NCBI GenBank assembly: GCA_013002065.1
Contig: JABDKT010000096.1
Span: 1-61,991, forward strand
Length of the DNA: 61,991 nucleotides
Reading direction: 5' to 3'
Source: Flavobacteriaceae bacterium
Lineage (GTDB): Bacteria; Bacteroidota; Bacteroidia; Flavobacteriales; Flavobacteriaceae
Below the pieces are notes generated by a model. The model was not told where the DNA came from and ran no database searches. It was given only the letters and a program-made list of their open reading frames with translations. This document shows positions 21,154-31,384 of the stretch, in pieces (position 1 is the stretch's first letter; every line of letters starts with the position of its first letter). The position numbers were made by a program, and so were the translations under genes.

Positions 21154-21184
21154 AAAAAAGAAATCCCCCGAAACGGGGGATTCT
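21154..21184 (-). terminator. Intrinsic terminator after the DUF1501 gene
   Basis: aatcccccg-N3-cgggggatt stem followed by a T-run on the minus strand. Confidence 0.88.
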
Positions 21185-21187
21185 AAA

Positions 21188-22813
21188 TTATTTTATCATT
21201 ATCGATTTACTGTAATTCTGTCCTCCGGTGGTTATACGATAAATGTATTGACCAAAGCTCAATCGAGTATTGGCATTTGCAATAACATCGACCGAATGTT
21301 GACCCGGGAATAGCATTTCGTTTTTCAGAGTTGCTATTTCTTTCCCCATGATATCGTACAATTTGATATTCACATGGGCAGTCACCGGCATCTGCATTTC
21401 GATATAAGTCCTATCGTTCGAATAGGTAGGACGATGTACAAAGCGAGTTACATTTCCGAAGTCTATAGTATCCAACAACTCACAATCGAATCCGAGGTCA
21501 AGATTTTCATAGGATTGACCCAATAGAATAAGATCGAGAACGGCGGGATCCAAGCAGAACCAATTTGTCAACACCGAATTATAAACATCTCTAAAGTCGG
21601 TGGACGGGATTAAGTTGTCGTTATTATCCCAAATGTTGATGTCGGGATGGTCGCCAACAAATCCGCTGCCTTCCAACGCCGGACCAAATAGCATGACGGG
21701 CGACGCGGCACCGTGATCGGTACCAAACGAGCCATTTTCGTAGGGCCTTCTTCCAAATTCGGAAATGGTCATCGATAATACCTGAGTGTCCATTCCGGTG
21801 GTCGCAAGATCGTCGTAGAAATTCTTCATGGAATCTGCTAAATCCTCCAATAACGCTTGGTGAGCGCCAGCCTGTTCGGCATGGGTATCGAATCCATCCA
21901 AGGTCACCATATAAACTTTGGTACCAAGGCCACCTTTGATTAATCGCGCTACGATAGCCAATTGATCGGAAAGGGGTGCTTCTTCATATGGAGCATCGTT
22001 GGAGGCCGATAAATAAGCATCGTTAATAACGTTGGCGTAAATAAATGTGGTGTTTGTGGTAGATCGCATAAACAATAACTTGTCTCCATACACGCAGTCT
22101 GGAATATCCAATACGTCATGGATGGTACCATTTTCGGCCACATTGGCCAATTGTTCAGGATTGGCTACAGCAAAGGCATAATTGTTATCCACTCCTTCAA
22201 AAACCAAGTTTCCAATACTACCAATTTGAACGGCAGGTGGAATTTCTGGCGGATTGATTAGATAATCCGGATAAAGATCTTCGAAATAGCGACCCCACCA
22301 ACCGGTGGCTTCAAAATTGATCGCATCTGCCGAAGCCCATATATCGGAGGAACGGAAGTGAGATAGATTTTGGCTCGGATAACCTACTCCATGAACTACT
22401 TTCATTTTACCGTCACCCCACATGGATTCCAGGTTGTTCATATAATTTGGAATTCCGAAGTCACTATTCAGCATAAGTAAATCATTTTGCTCATGGCGAA
22501 TAGTGGGTCGTAAATTCGCATAACTAGCATAATCGTAAACAGGTACAATGGTATTAAGCCCGTCGTTTCCACCTTTAAGGCGAACGATTACAAGTATATT
22601 GTCGTTTTCACTCTGAGACAGGGCCACCGAAAGCGGTGAAGGTTTTGAAGCACTTACCGTGCTCGTGCCTCCCAGCATCATGCTACCTGCACCGGCTAAA
22701 CCAAGTGCCTGGATAAATGAGCGGCGGTTCCACTTAATGTGTTCCTGATCGTGAACTGTCTTCTCGTCTTTCTTTGAAGTATTTTTTGGAATATGATGAT
22801 GATTGTTACACAT
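21188..22813 (-). CDS. DUF1501 family protein with Tat signal and T9SS C-terminal domain
   Basis: NRRSFIQ Tat motif; LKGGNDGLN, NLSHFRSSDIW, GFDTHA, SEFGRR..ENGS.GTDHG; CTD ending GQYIYRI...SKSIMIK. Confidence 0.88.
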   Translation of the reverse strand: MCNNHHHIPKNTSKKDEKTVHDQEHIKWNRRSFIQALGLAGAGSMMLGGTSTVSASKPSPLSVALSQSENDNILVIVRLKGGNDGLNTIVPVYDYASYANLRPTIRHEQNDLLMLNSDFGIPNYMNNLESMWGDGKMKVVHGVGYPSQNLSHFRSSDIWASADAINFEATGWWGRYFEDLYPDYLINPPEIPPAVQIGSIGNLVFEGVDNNYAFAVANPEQLANVAENGTIHDVLDIPDCVYGDKLLFMRSTTNTTFIYANVINDAYLSASNDAPYEEAPLSDQLAIVARLIKGGLGTKVYMVTLDGFDTHAEQAGAHQALLEDLADSMKNFYDDLATTGMDTQVLSMTISEFGRRPYENGSFGTDHGAASPVMLFGPALEGSGFVGDHPDINIWDNNDNLIPSTDFRDVYNSVLTNWFCLDPAVLDLILLGQSYENLDLGFDCELLDTIDFGNVTRFVHRPTYSNDRTYIEMQMPVTAHVNIKLYDIMGKEIATLKNEMLFPGQHSVDVIANANTRLSFGQYIYRITTGGQNYSKSIMIK

Positions 22814-22820
22814 AGCTCAT

Positions 22821-24290
22821 TTATTTAAGTTGAAATTCGGGCATTCTGGCTATATGAACCAGTAATAAGTAGCATTGATAAGGAGCTTCGGACCAACTAA
22901 GGTTCCAAGTTCCATCGTCGTAGTAGTTTTGGGGGATATCCCACTTAAATATGTCGGTAGCGATCACATAATCATTGGCAGAATGGAGCGGTTTGCTCAC
23001 AAAATGATCTACCATAACTTGTGTGATGAATTCCGGATCGTTACTGTCGTTTGAAAGGTCCCGTGCAAGATCGGTAAGAGAAAATTCGAAACCGTTGTTG
23101 AACAGGTATCCTAAATAAATTTCCATCAATTGCCAACGCCCGGTAAGGGTGGAGGAATTGATCCATGTTTCGTCTCTTTGCCAACCTGAAACATCGGGCG
23201 GGTCATAAATTTCCTGACCCATAAGTCCGGCATAATATAAAAACGCATCCATGATATCGTCGTTGTAAAAGAACTGGGTGTCGTTTACAAACGAATTGAT
23301 AACATCGAACGGGCTTTTGATAATCACTCCCAAGGCTCTTTCATCAAAGAAATGTTCACTTTTGAATAGCATTTTCAGCATAGGAACCAATTCAAAATTG
23401 CTATTGATTAATTCTTGTGCTAAAGGAGCGATGATTTCAGTTTCAATTAGGGCATCTACCGAAGGACTCACAAAGAACTTATAGAGTTTGGTCGTGATAA
23501 ATGTCGCTATTTCATTGGCTCTTTCATTAAACAGAATGTCGATCACATCGTCATAACCCCAGGGACCTTCCTGACCAAAAATTATTTTGTCGGAATCGTC
23601 GAAAGTACTACTGTCAAAATAGATATCACCTCCGAATTCGTTCCAGTGATTGTAACCGGTAAGTGCCTTAGAGGTTGCGAGGATATCATCCTGGGTGTAG
23701 TTATTTCCTTCCCCCAGAGTAAATAGTTCGAATAATTCACGGGAGTAGTTTTCATTCGGATTATAATTTGTGTTTTGAAAACCGTTGAGGTAAAGCAACA
23801 TGGCATTACTAACACCAATCTCACGAACAAACTCCTTGAAATTACCTAAAGCATAGGTTTGATTGAGATTGTAATACTGAAACATATAAGGAGAATAGAA
23901 ATAAGTCTCCAATTCGGTAACGAAATGATTCATCCAAAAGAAAGTAAGTCTTCCTCTAAGTTTTTCAGAAATGATATCGTTCCCCGATTGCAATCGCCAT
24001 GAAAACACATATTCATTGTTTTCTGTTTCAAAATCGGTAAAATCACTGTAAGCCCAATTTGCCCAGGGCGGGGCCGCAGTTGGGGGTAAATTAAATGCAT
24101 CATCCACCAACGAATCGATGAAATCGGAGGGAGAAAGTGCTAAGGCATCATCTACTTCCATAATGCTAGCACCGAAGCCCAATCTTCGGTAAATATGTTT
24201 AATTTTGCTTGTATTCCAAGGGTTACTCCCGGAAGGAACATAAGGATCTAGCGTAGCTGCATTGCATGAAGGATTCGTAGCTATTTCCAT
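22821..24290 (-). CDS. DUF1800 family protein
   Basis: HIYRRLGFG, FFWMNHF, PNENYSRELFELFTLG, PPDVSGW, MPEFQLK. Confidence 0.9.
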   Translation of the reverse strand: MEIATNPSCNAATLDPYVPSGSNPWNTSKIKHIYRRLGFGASIMEVDDALALSPSDFIDSLVDDAFNLPPTAAPPWANWAYSDFTDFETENNEYVFSWRLQSGNDIISEKLRGRLTFFWMNHFVTELETYFYSPYMFQYYNLNQTYALGNFKEFVREIGVSNAMLLYLNGFQNTNYNPNENYSRELFELFTLGEGNNYTQDDILATSKALTGYNHWNEFGGDIYFDSSTFDDSDKIIFGQEGPWGYDDVIDILFNERANEIATFITTKLYKFFVSPSVDALIETEIIAPLAQELINSNFELVPMLKMLFKSEHFFDERALGVIIKSPFDVINSFVNDTQFFYNDDIMDAFLYYAGLMGQEIYDPPDVSGWQRDETWINSSTLTGRWQLMEIYLGYLFNNGFEFSLTDLARDLSNDSNDPEFITQVMVDHFVSKPLHSANDYVIATDIFKWDIPQNYYDDGTWNLSWSEAPYQCYLLLVHIARMPEFQLK

Positions 24291-24420
24291 AGGCTATGAT
24301 AGTTTTGGGGTTAATAAATGTTTTTAAATATACTGAAAACAAGTGTTTTAACCATAATATGACTTTTTTTTAACTAATTGGTTTAATTTTATTCACCAAT
24401 AGGACGCACATTTAACTTTT

Positions 24421-25323
24421 ATGGTTACACCACCTTTTCTGAACGACGGAGACTGCATTGGAATTGTATCGACTGCCCGAAAAATAAGTACTGAAGAAAT
24501 TTCTCCCTTGTTGGAATTAATCACGAGTTGGGGTTTGAATTACGAAATTGGAACTACGATTAACGCAGAGGATCATCAATTTGCAGGTAATGATAGCCTT
24601 AGGATTCAAGATTTTCAAAATATGCTGGATAATCCCGAAATCAAAGCTATTTGGTGTGCTCGCGGAGGATATGGTTCGGTGCGATTGATCGATGCCTTGG
24701 ATTTTTCCGCATTCAGAAAAAATCCCAAATGGATTATTGGATATAGCGATGTTACCGTGTTTCACAGTCATATTCACCATATGGGAATAGAGACATTACA
24801 TGCCAACATGGCCACCGATATTCGTACAAAAACCGATGCCACTCGAAATACGATTAAAGAGGCGCTCTTCGGAAATGGATACTCCATCGAATATGTTTCC
24901 AAAGAAAACCTCATACGATCTGGCGATTCTCAAGCCAGCCTCGTTGGGGGCAATCTTTCCATTTTGTATTCTCTCTGCGGAAGTAATACCGCTTTACAAA
25001 CCGCCGGTAAGATATTATTCATTGAAGATCTCGACGAATATTTATACCATATCGATCGCATGCTAATGAATTTAAAACGCAATGGGATGCTGCAAGATGT
25101 AGCTGGGCTTATTGTGGGCGGCATGAACGATATGAACGACAATACCGTCCCTTTCGGCAAAACGGCCAACGAAATTGTTTGGGAACACGTCAAAGAATAC
25201 GATTATCCAGTCTGTTTTGGGTTCCCTGCCGGACATATCCAAGATAACCGGGCCTTGATTCTGGGTCGCACTGTAAGACTCAAAGTTCAAGATAATTCCG
25301 TGAAATTGGATTTTACCGCTTGA
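24421..25323 (+). CDS. LD-carboxypeptidase (peptidase S66)
   Basis: ARGGYG, IGYSDVT, GGNLS, LFIEDLDE, FPAGH. Confidence 0.92.
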   Translation: MVTPPFLNDGDCIGIVSTARKISTEEISPLLELITSWGLNYEIGTTINAEDHQFAGNDSLRIQDFQNMLDNPEIKAIWCARGGYGSVRLIDALDFSAFRKNPKWIIGYSDVTVFHSHIHHMGIETLHANMATDIRTKTDATRNTIKEALFGNGYSIEYVSKENLIRSGDSQASLVGGNLSILYSLCGSNTALQTAGKILFIEDLDEYLYHIDRMLMNLKRNGMLQDVAGLIVGGMNDMNDNTVPFGKTANEIVWEHVKEYDYPVCFGFPAGHIQDNRALILGRTVRLKVQDNSVKLDFTA

Positions 25324-26365
25324 TAAACTTTTGTGTATGAACACTACCGTCTTCCCAGTAAACTTTCAGAAAATATAGTCCCGAAGTTTGGCTCGATACA
25401 TCATGAGTGAGTAAATTCTCTAGTTGTTTGACTTGTCCTATGCTGTTGATCAACTCAATATTTTTAATTTCTTGTAAGTTTTCCGAAGTAATTATAAAAC
25501 TGTCTTGAACTGGATTCGGAATGATACTAAAACTTCTAATATTCATATCTGAAATCGACAACAAGCAGGTTTCACTGTATTCGGCTGTGGTGTCTTTATT
25601 CCAATTAGACGCATTGGTAGAATAATCGATATCATCCACACAAATAAGTTCGAGATTGGGATTATCTCTGGCGTCCATAGTATGTATATTGGTGTTGTTA
25701 CTGTTTCTCAAATCAAGAAAATTGAGGTTGTTATTTTCAAATCGCAACGTAGCCAAAATAGGAGCCAAAGTGAGATCTAAACTTTCCAACGCGTTATTAT
25801 AACACCAGAATATTTCTAACAAGTTGGCACTACTGGGTAAAGTGATATTGGTTAAAGTATTATCATGACAAATAATTTGATACAAGTTACTATTCGAGTT
25901 AAGATTTAAAGAAGTGAGTTGATTATTTTGACAACTAAGATCACTAAGCGCAACATTATTGCTTAAGTCCAATGTGGGGAGTGCATTGTTTTGGCACGCT
26001 AGACTAATTAAGTTGTCATTTCCACTCAAATTTATAGAAGTAATTGCATTGTTTTGGCAGTCCAAGAATGAAAGTGCAAGATTGTTAATAAGGGTCAGCT
26101 CGGTTAAATTATTGTCTTGACAATCCAATATTTCGACGTCAACAAAAGCTTCAATTCCGGTTAGATCGGATATTCCGGAGTTAGAAACATTCAAATTGAG
26201 GACTCCTTCTGCGTCGCTATTGAGAATATCACCGGTCATCCCATTGGTGTCGATTCCTAAAGAAATTAGTTTGCTTTCAAAAGCCGGATCGGGAATGGCC
26301 GTGGCCTGTCCCATAACCGTAAAAGATATTAGTACGGTGCTAAATAGTATAATTGCTTGTTTCAT
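25313..26365 (-). CDS. Leucine-rich-repeat protein with T9SS type A sorting domain
   Basis: Signal peptide, IPDPAFE cap, about 8 LxxLxCxNNxLxxLxL repeats, CTD PNPV...SGLYFLKV...KFIKR. Confidence 0.9.
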   Translation of the reverse strand: MKQAIILFSTVLISFTVMGQATAIPDPAFESKLISLGIDTNGMTGDILNSDAEGVLNLNVSNSGISDLTGIEAFVDVEILDCQDNNLTELTLINNLALSFLDCQNNAITSINLSGNDNLISLACQNNALPTLDLSNNVALSDLSCQNNQLTSLNLNSNSNLYQIICHDNTLTNITLPSSANLLEIFWCYNNALESLDLTLAPILATLRFENNNLNFLDLRNSNNTNIHTMDARDNPNLELICVDDIDYSTNASNWNKDTTAEYSETCLLSISDMNIRSFSIIPNPVQDSFIITSENLQEIKNIELINSIGQVKQLENLLTHDVSSQTSGLYFLKVYWEDGSVHTQKFIKR

Positions 26366-26390
26366 GGTAATTGTATTTAAGTGTTGAATT

Positions 26391-26398
26391 CAAAAGTA
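26391..26398 (-). promoter_or_regulatory. -7 box for the LRR-T9SS gene
   Basis: TACTTTTG on the minus strand, about 25 nt upstream of the ATG. Confidence 0.5.
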
Positions 26399-26515
26399 CA
26401 TTCCCTTTATATGTGTTAGTATGAGTATCGTAACAGCTTATGGTAAATATGTATCATTCATGAATTCCGACCACAATATTTAGACGATAAGCATTGATCC
26501 TTTTAACTTGTATCC

Positions 26516-26875
26516 ATGGCAGAGCATAATGATCTTGGTATTTTAGGGGAGGAAATGGCAGTGGATTATTTAATGAACAACGGATTCGAAATCCTAGAGC
26601 GTAACTTTAGATTCCAAAAGGCCGAAATAGATATAATCGCCCAAAAGGAAGAATTCGTGGTGGTGGTTGAAGTAAAGACACGCAATAGTGCCTATTTTGG
26701 CGACCCTCAAAGTTTTGTGAGCAAGAAAAAAATAAAGTTGCTGGTGATGGCTGCTAACGAATATTTGATTTCAAATCAACTTGAGAATGAAGTAAGGTTT
26801 GATATTGTAGCCATTTTGAAAAACTCAAAAGAAGAGAAAATCGAGCATTTCGAGAATGCTTTTTATCACTTCTGA
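26516..26875 (+). CDS. yraN: YraN family (UPF0102) nuclease-like protein
   Basis: GEEMA..YL...G..ILERN, EIDIIA, VEVKTR, RFDIVAI. Confidence 0.92.
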   Translation: MAEHNDLGILGEEMAVDYLMNNGFEILERNFRFQKAEIDIIAQKEEFVVVVEVKTRNSAYFGDPQSFVSKKKIKLLVMAANEYLISNQLENEVRFDIVAILKNSKEEKIEHFENAFYHF

Positions 26876-29800
26876 AATTTCTGAAGCGCAGATAACGCGC
26901 TATCCACATCTTTTATGCCCTGGAACGTTAGTAATAGCCGAAGCCCATTCCTGGTCTGTTTTTCTTTCATTTTTACTTCGGAAGCATTTTGCTGAACAAA
27001 CTGTAACACCTTTCCAAACGTATCACTCTGGTAAAATGGACTTTGCTGATCACTTAGAAAATAACCCACCATTCGATTTTTCTTCATAACCACACGCTCC
27101 AACCCCATAGAAATAGCCAACCATTTAATTCGTACGCTATTTAATAAATCCACGGCCGGATCGGGTAAGTCTCCAAATCTATCCACCAATTCCGACTCGA
27201 ATTTTTGCAATTCTTCCTCGGTTTTAAGTTCGTTCAATTTCTGATAGAGATTTAGACGTTCTGTAATATTATTCACGTAATCATCCGGGAAGAGAAGTTC
27301 AAAATCGGTATCGATCACCGTCTCTTTTACAAATTCTTTCTTTTCGTGTTCGGTGCCGGCATAGAGGTCCTTGAATTCTTTTTCTTTTAATTCGTCTATA
27401 GCCTCCGCAAGAATTTTTTGGTAGGTTTCGAATCCAATTTCATTGATGAATCCACTTTGCTCACCTCCTAATAAGTCTCCAGCTCCACGAATTTCTAAAT
27501 CCTTCATTGCAATGTTAAATCCGCTACCCAAGTCTGTAAATTGTTCCAGCGCGGTGATCCTTTTTCGGGCTTCTTCGGTCATTGCCGAGAAAGGTGGAGT
27601 GATAAAATAACAGAAGGCTTTCTTGTTCGAACGTCCCACTCTACCGCGCATTTGGTGAAGATCACTGAGCCCAAAATTATTCGCATTATTAATGAAGATA
27701 GTGTTCGCATTGGGTACATCAAGACCACTTTCAATAATTGTAGTAGAGACCAACACATCGAATTCATTATTCATAAAGGCGAGCATGAGTTGCTCCAGTT
27801 TTTTTCCTTCCATACGTCCATGACCGATTCCAATTTTCGCATCGGGTACCAATCGCTGTATCATGCCGGCAACCTCTTTTATATTCTCTATTCGGTTGTG
27901 AACAAAAAAGACTTGCCCTCTTCTTGAGATTTCATACCGAATGGCATCACGAATGGTTTCTTCGCTAAAACGAATTACATTGGTCTCCACTGGATAACGA
28001 TTGGGAGGAGGTGTGGTAATTACGCTCAAATCACGAGCCGCCATTAAACTAAACTGAAGAGTTCTGGGAATAGGAGTCGCCGTGAGCGTAAGCGTATCGA
28101 CGTTCTCCTTTAATGTCTTAAGCTTGTCCTTTACCGCCACACCAAACTTCTGTTCTTCGTCAATGATCAATAGTCCGAGATCTTTAAATTCCACTGCTTT
28201 ACTCACCAATTGATGCGTTCCAATGACGATATCCAGTTTACCCGATTTCAAATTTTCCAAAACGCTTCGTCTTTGTTTTGTACTTCGGAAACGATTGAGA
28301 TAATCAACATTGACCGGCATTTCTTCAAGCCGCTCGCTAAAAGTTTTAAAATGCTGAAAAGCTAGAATTGTAGTAGGAACCAGAATTGCGACTTGCTTTC
28401 CATTGTCAACGGCTTTAAATGCTGCTCGAACTGCAACTTCGGTTTTACCAAATCCAACATCACCACAAACCAGTCGGTCCATAGGGCGTTCACTTTCCAT
28501 GTCACGTTTAATGTCTTCGGTACTTTTAGTTTGGTCTGGGGTGTCCTCGAACATAAAGGAAGACTCCAATTCATGCTGTAAGTAAGAATCCGGCGAGTAC
28601 TGAAAACCTTTGCGCAATCTACGCTTGGCGTACAATTCTATGAGGTTGAAGGCAATTTCTTTTACCCTCTTCTTGGTTTTCTGTTTTAGTTTTTTCCAGG
28701 CGGCGCTCCCTAGTTTATAGATCTTAGGAGTGGTGCCGTCTTTCCCATTGTATTTAGAAATTTTGTGGAGAGAGTGAATACTGAGATACAAAATATCTCT
28801 TTCACCATAAATCAATTTAATCGCCTCTTGTTGCTTTCCTTCTACATCGATTTTTTGAAGTCCGCCAAATTTTCCAATTCCGTGATCGATATGGGTTACA
28901 TAGTCACCTACTTCGAGATTAGTGAGTTCTTTGAGTGTAATGGCTTGTTTTTTGGCGTAGCCATTTTTAAGCTGAAACTTATGATAACGCTCAAAGATTT
29001 GATGATCGGTATAGCAGGCATTTTTTTGTGACTGATCGATAAATCCTCTGTATAGAGGGAACACAATGGTCTCGTATTCATTTACCTTTTGTTCGGCGTC
29101 GTCAAAAATATCATGGAATCGTTTCGATTGTTGTTCGCTACTACAAAAGATATAATTCTTATAACCGTTCTCAGTATTGCTATTCAAGTTCTCGATTAAT
29201 AGCTCAAATTGCTTGTTAAAGGAAGGCTGTGGAATAGTTTTAAACGTAATATTGCTGTGATACGTTGAAGATATATTATTACTTAGATAAATCGACGTAA
29301 ATTGTTCTAATTGAGATTTCAGTAAATTGGCATCACAGAACAATTCATTAGGCTTAAATTGCCGAACCTCTCCGTCTAGTTCATCAAAAGCTTCGATAGC
29401 CTTTCGGAATTGCTTCTCGATACTTCCACTTAGGATCTCTTCATTCTTGAGGACTACCACTGTTTTTGATGCGATGTACTTTAAGAAACTTTCCCGGCTT
29501 TCATCCATTAGTTTATTTTCAACATTTGGAATGATGGAAATCTTTTTTATCGGATCGTTCGACAGCTGTGTTTCCACATCGAAACTTCGTATGCTATCTA
29601 CTTCATCACCAAAAAATTCGATTCGGTAGGGTTCATCATTACTGAAGCTAAACACATCTAAAATTCCCCCTCTTACCGAAAATTCTCCCGGTTCTGTAAC
29701 AAAATCGACTCGCTTAAATTTATATTCGAACATGACTTCATTTACAAAATCAATACTCAATTCATCACCCACCGAAATCTTAAGTGTGTTCCGTTCCAAT

Positions 29801-30210
29801 TCTTTGCGGGTTACCACTTTTTCGAACAAAGCTTCTGGATAAGTAACAATAAGTGCCGGTTTCTTTCGGGAGTTGATCCGATTTAACACTTCGCTCCTCA
29901 GTAATACACTGGCGTTATCGGTCTCTTCTATTTGATAGGGTCTACGATAACTTCCCGGATAAAAAAGGACATTCTTATCCCCCAATAAATTTTCAAGATC
30001 GTTGAGATGGTAAGCCGCTTCTTCCTTGTCATTAAGTATGATTAAGAAAGGCAATTCCGATTGTTTGAATATTTCAGAAATAACCAAAGAAACAGAGGAC
30101 CCAACCAGACCGGATAAAAGTATCTTATTTTGAGGATGAGCAACAGAATCCCGCAGTTTTCGTATTTCCGAAGACTGTGAAAAAAGAGACGAAACCAAGG
30201 TTTTGCTCAT
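26866..30210 (-). CDS. mfd: Transcription-repair coupling factor
   Basis: GEFSVRGGILD, HIDHGIG, CGDVGFGKTEVA, DEEQKFG, TATPIPRTL, QMRGRVGR, DLEIRGAG. Confidence 0.97.
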   Translation of the reverse strand: MSKTLVSSLFSQSSEIRKLRDSVAHPQNKILLSGLVGSSVSLVISEIFKQSELPFLIILNDKEEAAYHLNDLENLLGDKNVLFYPGSYRRPYQIEETDNASVLLRSEVLNRINSRKKPALIVTYPEALFEKVVTRKELERNTLKISVGDELSIDFVNEVMFEYKFKRVDFVTEPGEFSVRGGILDVFSFSNDEPYRIEFFGDEVDSIRSFDVETQLSNDPIKKISIIPNVENKLMDESRESFLKYIASKTVVVLKNEEILSGSIEKQFRKAIEAFDELDGEVRQFKPNELFCDANLLKSQLEQFTSIYLSNNISSTYHSNITFKTIPQPSFNKQFELLIENLNSNTENGYKNYIFCSSEQQSKRFHDIFDDAEQKVNEYETIVFPLYRGFIDQSQKNACYTDHQIFERYHKFQLKNGYAKKQAITLKELTNLEVGDYVTHIDHGIGKFGGLQKIDVEGKQQEAIKLIYGERDILYLSIHSLHKISKYNGKDGTTPKIYKLGSAAWKKLKQKTKKRVKEIAFNLIELYAKRRLRKGFQYSPDSYLQHELESSFMFEDTPDQTKSTEDIKRDMESERPMDRLVCGDVGFGKTEVAVRAAFKAVDNGKQVAILVPTTILAFQHFKTFSERLEEMPVNVDYLNRFRSTKQRRSVLENLKSGKLDIVIGTHQLVSKAVEFKDLGLLIIDEEQKFGVAVKDKLKTLKENVDTLTLTATPIPRTLQFSLMAARDLSVITTPPPNRYPVETNVIRFSEETIRDAIRYEISRRGQVFFVHNRIENIKEVAGMIQRLVPDAKIGIGHGRMEGKKLEQLMLAFMNNEFDVLVSTTIIESGLDVPNANTIFINNANNFGLSDLHQMRGRVGRSNKKAFCYFITPPFSAMTEEARKRITALEQFTDLGSGFNIAMKDLEIRGAGDLLGGEQSGFINEIGFETYQKILAEAIDELKEKEFKDLYAGTEHEKKEFVKETVIDTDFELLFPDDYVNNITERLNLYQKLNELKTEEELQKFESELVDRFGDLPDPAVDLLNSVRIKWLAISMGLERVVMKKNRMVGYFLSDQQSPFYQSDTFGKVLQFVQQNASEVKMKEKQTRNGLRLLLTFQGIKDVDSALSALQKFQK

Positions 30211-30217
30211 AGAGCGG

Positions 30218-30225
30218 CAAAGATA
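30218..30225 (-). promoter_or_regulatory. -7 box for mfd (nearly leaderless)
   Basis: TATCTTTG on the minus strand, 7 nt before the ATG. Confidence 0.55.
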
Positions 30226-30238
30226 AGTCAGGGAGATT

Positions 30239-31384
30239 TTAAATAAAACAAGAAACGAGTTTTTCTATTTCGACTTTTGTATTATACAGATGAGGTGAAA
30301 TTCTCACCGCGTCACCACGATACGAAACCACAATGTTCTTCTCAGACAATCGATCTTTTAAAGCATCAATATCTTTATTTTTTGGTAAATAAACTCCGAA
30401 CAGATGCTTGGCCCGTTGTTGATCCGATTCAACAAAGTATCCCTTGGAACTAAGCCTGTTGATTGCTTCATTGGTAATCGCGCCACAATATTCTTGAATG
30501 TTTGCAGGACCCCACTCAAGAATCTGTGAAATGCCTTCCGTAAGCATAGGAACCAGAATGAAATTGCTGGATTGACCTACATCAAATCTAACAGCTTTGG
30601 GCTTAAAGTTAGGATTGTAGTTCACTAAATTTTTAAAATCTTCGCTCTTTTCATGATTCATCCAGTTGTTATCTAAAGGCAAGCCGTTATCAAACTTTTC
30701 TCCATAGTATGCAACTCCAAGTCCGTAGGGGCCCATTAGCCATTTATAGCCACCACAGATCAAAGCATCGGGCTTAATTTGTGCTACTGAAAAAGGCAAG
30801 GCCCCAACACTTTGAGTGCCGTCAATAATGAGATAAGCACCTACGTCATCGCACTTCTTCCGAATGGCTATTAGGTCGAATATCGTTCCGTCGGCCCAAT
30901 GAATATGGGGAATGGCAACTACTTTTGTATGAGAATTAATAGCGCTCAATACATCTTTATTCCACTGTTTCCCACGTTCAGAATTGATGGTTGGTGCAAC
31001 AATGGTTCTTAACTTTATTTTATTTTCAGTTTCTAATTGTTTCCATGAATAGTAGTTGCTGGGAAATTGTTCTTCCAACACAACTACTTCATCGCCCTTT
31101 TCGAATTTTATGTTATGCAAGGCAGTAGCTATTCCGAAGGAAACCGAGGGGATTATTGCAATACGTTGTGAATCTTCGGCTGAAATTAATTGAGCAAACA
31201 CCTTCCGAAGTTCTTCTTTGCCAGAGAAAAAGTGATCGGGTGTAATTTTATAGGGTTCCGACTTTCGCTTTAGGTGACGTATTCCAACATCTTCAACCGA
31301 TTTCAACTGTGGGCTCATATAGGCACCGTTCAGGTAAATCGTATTGGGATCAAGCTGAAAAAGATGACGTTGGTTATCGATCAT
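30239..31384 (-). CDS. Aminotransferase class V PLP-dependent enzyme
   Basis: IYLNGAYMSP, EQFPSN, IDGTQSVGA, GGYKWLMGPYG, RISPHLYN. Confidence 0.88.
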   Translation of the reverse strand: MIDNQRHLFQLDPNTIYLNGAYMSPQLKSVEDVGIRHLKRKSEPYKITPDHFFSGKEELRKVFAQLISAEDSQRIAIIPSVSFGIATALHNIKFEKGDEVVVLEEQFPSNYYSWKQLETENKIKLRTIVAPTINSERGKQWNKDVLSAINSHTKVVAIPHIHWADGTIFDLIAIRKKCDDVGAYLIIDGTQSVGALPFSVAQIKPDALICGGYKWLMGPYGLGVAYYGEKFDNGLPLDNNWMNHEKSEDFKNLVNYNPNFKPKAVRFDVGQSSNFILVPMLTEGISQILEWGPANIQEYCGAITNEAINRLSSKGYFVESDQQRAKHLFGVYLPKNKDIDALKDRLSEKNIVVSYRGDAVRISPHLYNTKVEIEKLVSCFI

